Assembly: GCA_050239825.1 (NCBI GenBank)
Contig: JBFXGO010000031.1
Coordinates: forward strand, 1 to 30,751
DNA: 30,751 nt
Origin: a bacterium
GTDB lineage: Bacteria; Hydrothermota; 32-111
Reading direction: 5' to 3'
Shown here piece by piece: positions 17,257-26,961 of the stretch. A program made the translations under genes and the position numbers. The notes below the pieces were generated by a model that made no database searches, had not been told where the DNA came from, and saw only the letters and a program-made list of their open reading frames with translations. How positions within the stretch are numbered: position 1 is the first letter of the stretch; every line of letters starts with the position of its first letter.

Positions 17257-17327
17257 GCGGCGGAGACAGAGGCTTCTTACTGCTGCTTCCTTTCGGACCT
17301 GACAGGGTTGGAAACATATCTCCCCGC
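17257..17327 (-). ncRNA. ffs: Small SRP RNA (4.5S)
   Basis: Core CAGGTCCGAAAGGAAGCAGC. Terminal pairing GCGG-GGAGATA with TGTCTCC-G-CCGC. Conserved position upstream of dnaX. TTGATT-16-TAATAT promoter just upstream. Confidence 0.9.
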
Positions 17328-17375
17328 AGAGAAATATTAACACAAGAAAGATTAAAATCAATACAGTCATTATGA

Positions 17376-17945
17376 TTAAAATGACGCAGAGGTGTCTGTT
17401 TCCGGAACAGCCGGTTTCAATTCCATGCTCATTACATCTATCGAGCCGAAGACTGCATTGGCTTCAATGATAACTGTCTTTGAAAGCGAGTCGGGTGCAG
17501 TGGCATAATCTTTACTGCCGAATGAAACCCGCTTGCTGTCCGACAGCTGTGCGGATGCGAATACGGCGGAAGACTTTATCTCGACAGGAATGGAAGGGTT
17601 GATGATTATTTCGGCGCTTGAAAATATTACATTCACTTTGTAGGTGCGCACAGTGTCGCACGGAGTCAATGATGTAAAATCAACTGTGCCTGTGCCGAAT
17701 ATCACATTGTAATCATCCTGCTCTCCGCTAACAGTCATTGTTCCAGAGGAGAATATTATTTCCTTTTCTTCACTATGGCTGAACCCTCCGGCGAGCATTG
17801 AAATACCGAGGTAAACGAAGAATATTCCAAGAAGAAGCTTGAAAATCGGTATGTTCAGATGAAGCAGATTTTTGATGACCATTAAAACGCCGGCTGAGAT
17901 TAGTATTACACCCCAGAAGAAACCGGAAAAAACTCCAAAGTTCAT
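17376..17945 (-). CDS. LiaF/DUF2154-like membrane protein
   Basis: N-terminal TM region FWGVILI..G...LLGIFFVYLGISML. Repeated beta motifs VIFG, VIFSS, AVFA, AVFGSIDV. Confidence 0.7.
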   Translation of the reverse strand: MNFGVFSGFFWGVILISAGVLMVIKNLLHLNIPIFKLLLGIFFVYLGISMLAGGFSHSEEKEIIFSSGTMTVSGEQDDYNVIFGTGTVDFTSLTPCDTVRTYKVNVIFSSAEIIINPSIPVEIKSSAVFASAQLSDSKRVSFGSKDYATAPDSLSKTVIIEANAVFGSIDVMSMELKPAVPETDTSASF

Positions 17946-17964
17946 TATTGGCTCCTTTTAAGTT

Positions 17965-19779
17965 TTATTGAAAGAGGTCAACCGAATATTCATCGTATGC
18001 AAACAAATCCCTTGAATCGACAAGTTTTCCTTTGCTGTCAAAATACTCTGCTTTTATCTTATCATCATAGTTTGCGTCAGTGTAATATTCCAATTTCACC
18101 TTGGCGTAAAGGTTATTCTTGTTTTTAAGCTTCATGTTTTTACCGTACCTCTCTTCTAGGATCTTTCTTGATGAAGAATCGTATTCATATTTGTACATGT
18201 GTATTCCCGTTAAATCCTCAGAGGGTTTTCCCTTTTCATCATAGAAGCTTTTTTCAACTTCATATCCATTCTCATCATACTTGTATTTTACAGTTGAAAT
18301 TCCGTCGGAATTTTTAATTGGTTTTTCATCTGTGCCGAAATAGCTCACCTGAGAGGGCATATAAATATCCTCATAAGTCGTCCTCTCAATTGCATATCCC
18401 TGAGCATTATTCACAAGTTTTTTTTCTTTGTCGAAATATTGTTTTTCAATAGGCTGGCCGGATTGGTCATTGAGAACAGTGAAATAGGCGAATCCTCCGG
18501 AATTGATTATCAGTTCTTCATCTGCATCATAATACTTTTCGCAAGTAATATAACCAAGGTCATCGTATGTGACGGCATAAACGGCATAGCCGTAATCAGT
18601 CATTTTAAGATTGCCGTCTAATCCGTAATTTCTGTATTCGACAGCCCTGCCCGTGGAGTCAAATTTTGCGCAGTATCTGTGCACTCCATAAGAGTCTTCG
18701 ACAGGCTTCTCATCTATGCCGAAATATGATGTCTCAAGGACATTTCCGTTTTCATCGTTTATATACCTGTAGAATGCATATCCGTTTGAATTAAGCTTGA
18801 GTTTTCCGTCCTTTCCGTAGCTCTTCTCCTCAGTGACAAATCCATTCTTGTCATATTTGTACTCGCTCATAAAGTATCCCGACCAGTCTTCAGCGGGTTT
18901 CAGATCAACGCCGTAACTCTTTCTCGAAATCATGTTGAAGTCTTTGTCGTAGAGATACTCTATTTTGTGTATCCCGTCGTTTAGGGCAAGCGGATTCATT
19001 TTATCGTCATAGTAAGCCTCGGATGTCACATTTCCCTCTTTATCGTAAGAGAGCTTATATGCCGATACTCCGGCCGGGTTGAAAATCCTTTTTCCCTCCG
19101 CATCAAACACTTCCTGCCCAATAAGGTCGCCTGCCTTGTTGTATATAAAAAGATAAGATGATATTCCTTCATAATCATTCATTCTCTTTCCGTCTTCTCC
19201 GTAAAAGGACATCTCTGTAATTTGCATTGCTTTATCATATTTGTAGCGGGTTTCAAATCTTCCGCGCGAATCGTATATTTTCTCTCCGTCAATATCCTTG
19301 GCATAGGATTTCAAAAGTCCGCCCTTGTTGTCATAGACAAACTCATAAGAGTATGCGCCTGCATTGTCCGCCATCTGTTCATTGGTGTCAAAAAAGTGCT
19401 TTTCATTAATCCTCAAGCCGTCTTTTATATCATAAACATCCATGTGGATTCCCATATAATTCGGAGTGAGAATGCCATCCATATCAGTGTACTTTCTTGT
19501 TTCTGTTGAATCCGTATATTCTATTATGATTACAGCTGTATTGAATCTCCAGTCAAAGGCAGACTTGCCGTTGTATAGATACTCCACCTGTGAGAGCTTT
19601 TTTCCGTCATAGGTTAGTTTATAGGCGCCGCCCTTCATTGCGGATTTTTCGTTTACCTGATGCTTTCCTGAAAAATCCCTCTTTGCATCCAAAGTTAAGT
19701 ATCTGTAGTAGAAAGAATTTTCCGAAAAAACCAAAATCATTGAAATTAGAATAAAAACCGAAAGAAGAGCTTTTTTCAT
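17965..19779 (-). CDS. Secreted YD/RHS-like repeat protein
   Basis: Signal peptide and roughly 15 degenerate units of about 31 aa, of the type Y.YD..G...E..YY..DGK....GY. No Rhs core end motif or toxin tail. Confidence 0.75.
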   Translation of the reverse strand: MKKALLSVFILISMILVFSENSFYYRYLTLDAKRDFSGKHQVNEKSAMKGGAYKLTYDGKKLSQVEYLYNGKSAFDWRFNTAVIIIEYTDSTETRKYTDMDGILTPNYMGIHMDVYDIKDGLRINEKHFFDTNEQMADNAGAYSYEFVYDNKGGLLKSYAKDIDGEKIYDSRGRFETRYKYDKAMQITEMSFYGEDGKRMNDYEGISSYLFIYNKAGDLIGQEVFDAEGKRIFNPAGVSAYKLSYDKEGNVTSEAYYDDKMNPLALNDGIHKIEYLYDKDFNMISRKSYGVDLKPAEDWSGYFMSEYKYDKNGFVTEEKSYGKDGKLKLNSNGYAFYRYINDENGNVLETSYFGIDEKPVEDSYGVHRYCAKFDSTGRAVEYRNYGLDGNLKMTDYGYAVYAVTYDDLGYITCEKYYDADEELIINSGGFAYFTVLNDQSGQPIEKQYFDKEKKLVNNAQGYAIERTTYEDIYMPSQVSYFGTDEKPIKNSDGISTVKYKYDENGYEVEKSFYDEKGKPSEDLTGIHMYKYEYDSSSRKILEERYGKNMKLKNKNNLYAKVKLEYYTDANYDDKIKAEYFDSKGKLVDSRDLFAYDEYSVDLFQ

Positions 19780-20465
19780 TTATTTTCCTCCTTATTTTCA
19801 GGATGTATTTCAGTTTCTTTCATGCGCCTCTTAGAGACCTCTATCATGAACCAAAGATAGACAACAAGTGCCAGCAGAGAGTAGTAGCCGATGAAAGCGC
19901 TTGATTTAATGACAAAATTATATGAAAAATGAAGAAGCGCCGGAAAAATAAATGCAGAAATCATGTATGTTTTCCTCAGTTTCTCACCCTCATATTTGGA
20001 TTTAAAGAAAAAGTATCCCATGGAGATTCCAAACATTGCATGCCCGGGAACGGCAGTCACAGCCCTCATAAACGCCACATTGATAGGATTGGTGAAAATA
20101 TAAAGGAGATTTTCAGAGAGAGCGAAGCCCAGAGAAATAAGAGTTGCATAGAGTATTCCGTCATACGGTTCGTCGAACTCCCTGTTATTCAGTATTAGAA
20201 TGACAAATAAAATATATTTTGCGCCCTCTTCAATTATTCCCGGAACAATGCCGGTTATAAAAGCGTCATGTACGGACATACTTTGAAGAAGCTTTTCAAA
20301 CGGTATTTCAAGAAGAACAATCGGAATAATCGACGCAAAGCCGTACAGAAATGCCTTCATCATAAGCCTGAAAGGTTCTTTCTCGCGCCTGTCGCGCAAG
20401 TAAATGAACCTGATTATTATGAGAAACGGAATCAGGCAGACAAGCAGTTTAAAGTAGAATATCAT
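19776..20465 (-). CDS. prsW: PrsW-family glutamic intramembrane protease
   Basis: D..EKEP, EEGAK, FDEPYDGILY, GFALSEN, PGHA, LHFSYN motifs. Confidence 0.9.
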   Translation of the reverse strand: MIFYFKLLVCLIPFLIIIRFIYLRDRREKEPFRLMMKAFLYGFASIIPIVLLEIPFEKLLQSMSVHDAFITGIVPGIIEEGAKYILFVILILNNREFDEPYDGILYATLISLGFALSENLLYIFTNPINVAFMRAVTAVPGHAMFGISMGYFFFKSKYEGEKLRKTYMISAFIFPALLHFSYNFVIKSSAFIGYYSLLALVVYLWFMIEVSKRRMKETEIHPENKEENK

Positions 20466-21904
20466 TTGGGCACTTCATAATTTGGAGATTCTTTTGATAT
20501 TATAACATTGTGCGGGTGGCTCTCCCTGACTCCCGAGTGTGTTATCTTTATGAATTCCTTGTTTCTCTGCAAATCATTTATTGTCCTTGCCCCGCAGTAT
20601 CCCATTCCTGATTTCACTCCTCCCAAAAGCTGAAATATAACCTCTGAAGCAAGGCCTTTATAGGCGACGCGAGCCACTATCCCTTCTGGAACAAGTTTCT
20701 CCGCATCCTCCTGAAAATATCTGTCCTTTGAGCCGGCCATCATAGCATCGATTGAACCCATGCCTCTGTATACTTTAAATTTTCTTCCATCCATAATGAG
20801 AGTCTCTCCGGGGGCCTCATCAGTGCCTGCGAGAAGTCCGCCTATCATAACCGAAGATGCTCCTGCGGCGAGTGCTTTGACAATGTCGCCCGAATATACT
20901 ATGCCACCGTCTGCTATGAACGGCACCTGATTCTTCTTTGCCACCGTCGCGACATCCATTATGGCTGTCAACTGGGGAACACCGATTCCCGCTATTATTC
21001 TTGTAGTGCAGATAGAACCGGGTCCAATTCCCACCTTGACTCCGTCAGCGCCTGCCTTTATAAGAGCTTCGGCGGCTTTTGCCGTAGCTATGTTTCCGCC
21101 GACAATATCAATGTTGAATTTCTTTTTGAGCTCCCTGACGGCATTTATGACATTTCTGGAATCTCCATGCGCCGTATCAACCATAAGCACATCCACTCCT
21201 GCATTAAAGAGTGCGGCGCTTCTGTCGGCAAAATCTTTGCCCACTCCCACTGCCGCTCCAACGCGGAGACGCCCAAGCTTGTCTTTGCATGCATTCGGAT
21301 GCTCTTCAATATTTAGAATGTCCTTTATCGTGATAAGCCCCGCAAGACGATAATTTTCATCCACTATGGGCAGTTTTTCAACCCTCTCCTCTCTGAATAT
21401 TTCGCGCGCTTTTTTAAGAGTTATTCCTTTTTTTGCAGTGATGAGTTTTTTTGATGTCATCCTCTCCTTCACTTTTATTTTATAATCATTCTCAAAAAGT
21501 ATATCCCGTTTTGTTATTATTCCCACAAGTTTATTGTCTTTATCAACAACAGGCAGTCCGGACACATGAAATTCATCCATAAGCTGTTTTGCATGCTTGA
21601 GAGTCTCCTCAGGGTGAAGCCGCAGGGGCGATTGTATCATTCCGCTCTCGTACCTTTTTACTTTTTTAACCTCTTCAGATTGTTCTTCAACAGTCATGTT
21701 TTTGTGAATTATCCCCATTCCGCCCTCTTTTGCCATGGCTATCGCCATTCTGTGGTCAGTGACAGTATCCATAGCCGAAGAGACAATAGGAATGTTGAGA
21801 GAGATATTTTTGGTAAGCATTGTCTTCAATTCAACATCCTTTGCCACCACTTCCGAATGCTGTGGTATTAGAAGAACATCATCAAAAGTCAAACCTTCTT
21901 TCAT
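20462..21904 (-). CDS. guaB: IMP dehydrogenase with CBS subdomain
   Basis: [46 protein letters not shown]. Confidence 0.98.
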   Translation of the reverse strand: MKEGLTFDDVLLIPQHSEVVAKDVELKTMLTKNISLNIPIVSSAMDTVTDHRMAIAMAKEGGMGIIHKNMTVEEQSEEVKKVKRYESGMIQSPLRLHPEETLKHAKQLMDEFHVSGLPVVDKDNKLVGIITKRDILFENDYKIKVKERMTSKKLITAKKGITLKKAREIFREERVEKLPIVDENYRLAGLITIKDILNIEEHPNACKDKLGRLRVGAAVGVGKDFADRSAALFNAGVDVLMVDTAHGDSRNVINAVRELKKKFNIDIVGGNIATAKAAEALIKAGADGVKVGIGPGSICTTRIIAGIGVPQLTAIMDVATVAKKNQVPFIADGGIVYSGDIVKALAAGASSVMIGGLLAGTDEAPGETLIMDGRKFKVYRGMGSIDAMMAGSKDRYFQEDAEKLVPEGIVARVAYKGLASEVIFQLLGGVKSGMGYCGARTINDLQRNKEFIKITHSGVRESHPHNVIISKESPNYEVPK

Positions 21905-21920
21905 CTGAACCTCCGTATCT

Positions 21921-24068
21921 TTAATGATATTTTTTCAAAAATTTGATTATCTTCAAATCAAGCATCTTCCTGTCGGCATCAATGTTGACAATCTTCACTA
22001 CGACTTTGTCTCCCATGGTGATTATGTTTTTTGTGTGGACTCCGGTTATTGAAACCTCATCGTCGCACACTCTGTAGAAATCATCGTCCATATCCCTGTA
22101 TTTTACAAGACCTTCCACAAATATATCTTTCAATTCTATAAACAGCCCGAATTGCGTCACTGAAGAGACAACTCCTTCATAATCTTTCTGCGGATGTTTT
22201 ATAAGATAATACATCTTCGCCATTTCGACAGAATCCCTTTCTGCCTTCTCCGCCGCCCATTCCCTCTCTGTAGAATGCTTTGCGATTAGGTCGAGAGAGT
22301 CTGTGGGAAAGTATATACCTGCTATTACATTTCGAAGCTGTCTATGGACTATCAGGTCAGGATACCTCCTTATGGGAGATGTGAAATGAGTATAATAGTC
22401 AAGCCCGAGTCCGTAATGACCGTCATTGGATGTAGAGTACTTCGCCTTCATCATCGAATGAAGTATCATCTCCCTCACAACGAATCCATTGTCAGTGCGC
22501 TCGGTTTTGTCTATTAAACTCTGTATTGATTTCGGAGAAGAATCCTTCAGTTTATATCCGTATGACTTGAGAGATGTTCTGAGATTTGCAAGTTTATCCA
22601 TATCTGGTTCGGGATGTGTTCTGTAAATTGTTTTTTTTGTTTTTTTATAAAGGTGTGAAGAGACAATATTATTTGCGGCGACCATGAATAGCTCTATCAG
22701 CTTATGCGTCTTCAGCTTTTTCTTTTCTCTGATGAGAACCGGTTCATTTGTATCCGAGAGAATGACTTCAACCTCAGGAATGTCAAAATCTATCCTATTG
22801 CTTTCAACAGATGCTTTTTGAAGAATTGACGCCGCTTCATGCATCAGAGCAAGCCTCTCTGAGAGGATACTCCTGTCGGGATTATCTATAAGTTTTTCCG
22901 CCTCTTCATATGTGAATCTCTTGGCGCTCTTTATGACTGAAGGATAGAGCTCATATTCCGTTATCTTTCCACTCTCGTCAATGTTAAAGGAACATGTGAA
23001 TGTAAATCTGTCCTCATTTTCTTTGAGACTGCACACTCCATTTGAAAGTATTTCCGGAAGCATGGGAACTGTTTTGTCTATCAGATATACGCTGGTTCCC
23101 CTTCTGTATGCCTCTTTGTCGACATTGGAATTCTCTCTGACAAAGTAAGACACATCAGCTATGTGCACTCCTATTTTGAATCCGGATTTTATTTTTTCAA
23201 CTGAAACCGCGTCATCAAAATCCTTTGCATCAGCAGGGTCTATTGTGAATATTGTATCTCCCCTCAAATCCTTTCTTCCCGAAATATCCGAAAAATCAAC
23301 ATTCATCTCCTCTGCCTCTTTTTGCACGATAGACGGGAATGTTTCGTCAAATCCGTTTTCAATCAGAAGCGTCTTTCCCATCAAGTCAACCTTGTTCTTC
23401 GAATCAACAAATTCGACAATCTCTCCTGTGGGGTTCATCTTTGGAGATTCCCAGTCATTCAGGGCGACAATCACCTTCTTTTCAGAGTCCTTCTCCGTCA
23501 AGCCCTGCGTGTCTATAAAAATATTTTTCAGTATGCGGCTGTCATCAGGAATGACATAAAAGAATTTTGCTTTATTTTTGAGTGTGCCGATAATTTTCTG
23601 AGTGCGCCTCTCAAGTACTGAGACGACCTTTCCCTCTTCTTTAGAGCCGCGAGACGATTTCATTATCTTGACAAGAACCCTGTCTTTGTCCAAGGCTGTT
23701 GACATGAGATGCATGGGTATGAATACATCGCTCTTTGAATCATCCCTGATAAGAAACCCGAAGCCCTTTGGATTTACTTCAATTATTCCTGAGACCATCT
23801 CCATTGAGGAGGCGTATCCATATTTGCCGTTTTTGAATTGAATCAGTTTTCCTGTAAGAAGAAGATTGGAAAGAATCTTTTCAAATTTTGAATCTGTCGG
23901 TTTAAGATGGAGTATTCTGGCTATCTCATCGGCGGATAGAGGTTTTCTGAGCTTATTCTTAAGCAGTTTTTCAACATTGGACAAATCGCTTTCCGAATCT
24001 TTGTTTTGTTTGGTTTTTGGAGGAAAATACCCTCTCTGCTTTTCAGATTTCTTTTTGATGCTTGACAT
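21921..24068 (-). CDS. rnr: Ribonuclease R
   Basis: N-terminal HTH and CSD (KGFGF), TIDPADAKDFDDAVS, RGTSVYL, YTHFTSPIRRYPDL, C-terminal S1 domain. Confidence 0.95.
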   Translation of the reverse strand: MSSIKKKSEKQRGYFPPKTKQNKDSESDLSNVEKLLKNKLRKPLSADEIARILHLKPTDSKFEKILSNLLLTGKLIQFKNGKYGYASSMEMVSGIIEVNPKGFGFLIRDDSKSDVFIPMHLMSTALDKDRVLVKIMKSSRGSKEEGKVVSVLERRTQKIIGTLKNKAKFFYVIPDDSRILKNIFIDTQGLTEKDSEKKVIVALNDWESPKMNPTGEIVEFVDSKNKVDLMGKTLLIENGFDETFPSIVQKEAEEMNVDFSDISGRKDLRGDTIFTIDPADAKDFDDAVSVEKIKSGFKIGVHIADVSYFVRENSNVDKEAYRRGTSVYLIDKTVPMLPEILSNGVCSLKENEDRFTFTCSFNIDESGKITEYELYPSVIKSAKRFTYEEAEKLIDNPDRSILSERLALMHEAASILQKASVESNRIDFDIPEVEVILSDTNEPVLIREKKKLKTHKLIELFMVAANNIVSSHLYKKTKKTIYRTHPEPDMDKLANLRTSLKSYGYKLKDSSPKSIQSLIDKTERTDNGFVVREMILHSMMKAKYSTSNDGHYGLGLDYYTHFTSPIRRYPDLIVHRQLRNVIAGIYFPTDSLDLIAKHSTEREWAAEKAERDSVEMAKMYYLIKHPQKDYEGVVSSVTQFGLFIELKDIFVEGLVKYRDMDDDFYRVCDDEVSITGVHTKNIITMGDKVVVKIVNIDADRKMLDLKIIKFLKKYH

Positions 24069-24074
24069 TTACAT

Positions 24075-24102
24075 ATTTTATAGATTTCAAAAATAAAGTC
24101 AA
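24075..24102 (-). promoter_or_regulatory. Sigma70 promoter of the rnr operon, likely leaderless
   Basis: TTGACT (24102-24097), 16 nt, TAAAAT (24080-24075), 6 nt, ATG. No SD. Confidence 0.65.
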
Positions 24103-24159
24103 GTGGTGGATAATCATTGTTATCTTTTCCCGGCAGTTTAATTTCTTTCAAGGCTCCAC

Positions 24160-24188
24160 TTGATTTTTAATCAGATAAACAATATAAT
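24160..24188 (+). promoter_or_regulatory. Sigma70 promoter of the methyltransferase gene, likely leaderless
   Basis: TTGATT (24160), 17 nt, TATAAT (24183-24188), 7 nt, ATG 24196. No SD. Confidence 0.7.
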
Positions 24189-24195
24189 CGCTGAA

Positions 24196-25014
24196 ATGAA
24201 AAAATTAACCGAACAAAAGTATTGGGAATCCAAATACAGAGTCAACAATCCGGACCTGACATTCAGCGCATACAAGTCAAGGCTTCCTTCATTTATCGAG
24301 AAACTTCTTGTTCCATACATGCATGACTGCCAGATAAAATTCATAAAAGATAATATTATTCTACCCAAGAATTCAAGGGGTGTTGAAGTGGGCTCTGCGC
24401 CGGGATATTTTATCACAGAACTTGCAGAAAAGATGAATTTTGAACCCTACGGAATCGAATACTCGCAGAGCGGAGCGGATTCTAACAAAGAGATTTTCAA
24501 AATGCATGGTTATGAAGATAAGAATGTGATAATGTCTGATTTTTTCTCTGAGGATTTCTTAAAGAATCATGAAGATTTCTTTGATATGGTAATCTCCAGA
24601 GGTTTCATAGAGCATTTTGATTCCCCCGAGCATGTTATTAAAAATCATTTAAAGATACTTAAGAAGGGCGGCTATCTGGTGCTTATAGTACCCAACAAAA
24701 CCGGTATTAACAGACGACTCTCACTGTTTTTTAACAGAGATTCTCTTGATATGCACAATCTGAGAATAATGCGCCTGAAAAATTTTGAAAATGCGGTCCC
24801 GGCGGATTCAGTGGAAAAGATTTTATCAAGATACTTCGGAATTTTCGACCTCTATCAGTTCAATCCTTCAAAATCAAAAAAAAGAATTCACTTGGCGGCT
24901 ATGAAACTGCAGAAGCTTCTCTACCTGCTCTACAGAATAAAGCCTGAGAGCATAAATCTTGATTCGCGCATGTTCAGTCCGATGCTTATCTTTATAGGAA
25001 GGAGAATTAAATGA
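24196..25014 (+). CDS. Class I SAM-dependent methyltransferase
   Basis: Motif I VEVGSAPG, GIEYS, FDMVISRGFIEH, LKKGGYL...PN. Start revised from the TTG at 24160, which is the -35 box. Confidence 0.85.
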   Translation: MKKLTEQKYWESKYRVNNPDLTFSAYKSRLPSFIEKLLVPYMHDCQIKFIKDNIILPKNSRGVEVGSAPGYFITELAEKMNFEPYGIEYSQSGADSNKEIFKMHGYEDKNVIMSDFFSEDFLKNHEDFFDMVISRGFIEHFDSPEHVIKNHLKILKKGGYLVLIVPNKTGINRRLSLFFNRDSLDMHNLRIMRLKNFENAVPADSVEKILSRYFGIFDLYQFNPSKSKKRIHLAAMKLQKLLYLLYRIKPESINLDSRMFSPMLIFIGRRIK

Positions 25015-25664
25015 TTTCGAGCATAAGAGATGCAAACAAGAGAAAGATGACCCTCATTGAAGAGATTTTCAATGCGATAACCCATGGATTAGGAGCTCTT
25101 CTGAGCATAGCCGGTCTTGTAATTGCCCTTGTACTCGCCGTGAAGGTCAAAGATATCTATGCCATTGTTTCAAGCGCAATTTACGGCTCCACACTGATTC
25201 TTTTATACATGAGCTCTACTCTCTACCATTCTTTTAGGGAAGGAAGAGTGAAGAATCTTTTTAAAATCTTCGACCATGCATCAATCTACATACTAATCGC
25301 CGGCACTTATACTCCATATACACTCATATCTCTTCGTGGCGGATGGGGCTGGACAATATTCGGAATAATCTGGGGACTTGCAGTTCTCGGAATACTTTTT
25401 AAGGTCTTCTTTGTCCACAGATTCAACTTTGTTTCGACTATAATCTATCTGCTTATGGGCTGGTTTATTATAATAGCCGCTAAGCCTTTATTCACAGCCA
25501 TTCCGTTTTCTGCGGCTGTTTTTCTTGTAGCGGGAGGATTATGCTACACACTCGGAACTGTATTTTACATATTCGACAGAAAGTTTTTTTTCCACATTAT
25601 TTGGCATCTCTTTGTTCTTGCAGGTTCAATTCTGCATTTTTTCTCAATAATGCTCATCTTTTAA
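25011..25664 (+). CDS. Hemolysin III / PAQR (TrhA) family membrane protein
   Basis: EEIFNAITHG, SSTLYHS, DHASIYILIAGTYTP, HIIWHLFVL...HF. ATGA overlap with the upstream gene. Confidence 0.93.
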   Translation: MISSIRDANKRKMTLIEEIFNAITHGLGALLSIAGLVIALVLAVKVKDIYAIVSSAIYGSTLILLYMSSTLYHSFREGRVKNLFKIFDHASIYILIAGTYTPYTLISLRGGWGWTIFGIIWGLAVLGILFKVFFVHRFNFVSTIIYLLMGWFIIIAAKPLFTAIPFSAAVFLVAGGLCYTLGTVFYIFDRKFFFHIIWHLFVLAGSILHFFSIMLIF

Positions 25665-25670
25665 ATGATA

Positions 25671-25698
25671 TTGAAAAACAATTTTTTTTGAGTATTAT
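25671..25698 (+). promoter_or_regulatory. Sigma70 promoter of the SufS-like gene, likely leaderless
   Basis: TTGAAA (25671), 16 nt, TATTAT (25693-25698), 6 nt, ATG 25705. No SD. Confidence 0.5.
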
Positions 25699-25704
25699 TG
25701 TGCA

Positions 25705-26961
25705 ATGAACTATAAAAAACTCTTTCCATTTTATGACAACAATCCCGGCTCTGTTTATCTTGACACTGCATGCATGGGATTGAAACCGAGAAGAGTTATC
25801 GATTCGATAAACAGATATTACACCCATTATTCCACATGCGCCGGAAGGGCTCCATATTCGCTTTCCCGGGATTTATCAACAAAGATTGAGGAATCAAGGG
25901 AGTCTGTCGCGGCTCTCATAAATTCAAGGAGCAGAAGAGAAGTAATTTTTACCCGCAACACATCCGAATCGATAAATCTTTTGGCAAATATCTTTCCATT
26001 CAAGGAGAACGACAGAGTTATAATCACTGAAAAGGAGCACAATTCCAACCATTGCGTTTGGAAAGAACTCGAAAAGAAGGGAAAGATAAAACTTACTATT
26101 CTCGATGTAAATGACGACAACACATTCAATCTCAATCTTTTTGAAGACGAGATGAAAAAGAATGATGTGGCTCTTGTCTCTCTTGTGCACATTTCAAATC
26201 TTGACGGAATAGAAAACCCGATAAAGAAGATAGCGGAGATAACCCACAGATACAATTCGTTGCTTCTTGTTGACGGAGCTCAGTCAGTGCCGCATTCAAG
26301 AGTGGATGTTCAGGAGCTCGGAATTGATTTTCTCGCATTTTCAATGCACAAGGTTTATGGTCCTACGGGAATAGGCATACTCTTTGTTAAAAACGAGCAT
26401 TTCGGTGAGCTCTCCCTATACAATGTTGGGGGTGACACGATAAGAAACACATACATTGATAAAGAGACAGAATATCGCTCATATCCTTACAGGTATGAGG
26501 CAGGACTTCAGGATTTTGCCAACATATTTGCCTGCAAGGCAGCATGCGATTTTGTGAATGAAATAGGGTATGAGAATATGGATGAGAGAATTGAACCTTT
26601 GAACTGCGATTTCAGGGATTTTTTAAAAAGTTATCGGGAAATTGAAATAATAGGAGACTGTGATATTTCATGCGTCAAAGGAATAACAACATTTGTAATA
26701 AAGAAATTTACAAGATTTTCGGAAAAAGATATGAGTGTCGGAGAGATTCTCGACAAAAAGCATAAAATAATGCTCCGCACAGGATTTTTCTGCGTCAATC
26801 CGTATTTTGACAACAGAGAGAAAAAAAAACTCTTGAATCCGATTCATTATCCGCCTATAAGAGTCTCTTTTGGATTTTACAATGACAAGGATGACCTTGA
26901 CACTCTCAAAATCGGAATAAGCGAAATTCTTGAATCAGTGAAGGACTGGCCTGTAATATGA
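25705..26961 (+). CDS. Class V PLP enzyme, SufS-like cysteine desulfurase
   Basis: YLDTAC, FTRNTSESIN, EHNSN, VDGAQ, PLP lysine FSMHKVYGPTGIG, catalytic-loop RTGFFC, RVSFGFYN. Confidence 0.85.
   Translation: MNYKKLFPFYDNNPGSVYLDTACMGLKPRRVIDSINRYYTHYSTCAGRAPYSLSRDLSTKIEESRESVAALINSRSRREVIFTRNTSESINLLANIFPFKENDRVIITEKEHNSNHCVWKELEKKGKIKLTILDVNDDNTFNLNLFEDEMKKNDVALVSLVHISNLDGIENPIKKIAEITHRYNSLLLVDGAQSVPHSRVDVQELGIDFLAFSMHKVYGPTGIGILFVKNEHFGELSLYNVGGDTIRNTYIDKETEYRSYPYRYEAGLQDFANIFACKAACDFVNEIGYENMDERIEPLNCDFRDFLKSYREIEIIGDCDISCVKGITTFVIKKFTRFSEKDMSVGEILDKKHKIMLRTGFFCVNPYFDNREKKKLLNPIHYPPIRVSFGFYNDKDDLDTLKIGISEILESVKDWPVI

Noticed and set aside
17965..19779. Rhs polymorphic toxin
   Set aside because: No DPxG core end, toxin domain or immunity gene. 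It has a Sec-type signal peptide and sits in a housekeeping operon.
25011..25664. Hemolysin as a virulence factor
   Set aside because: The HlyIII/TrhA family is a widespread membrane-homeostasis family; the name does not imply toxin function.
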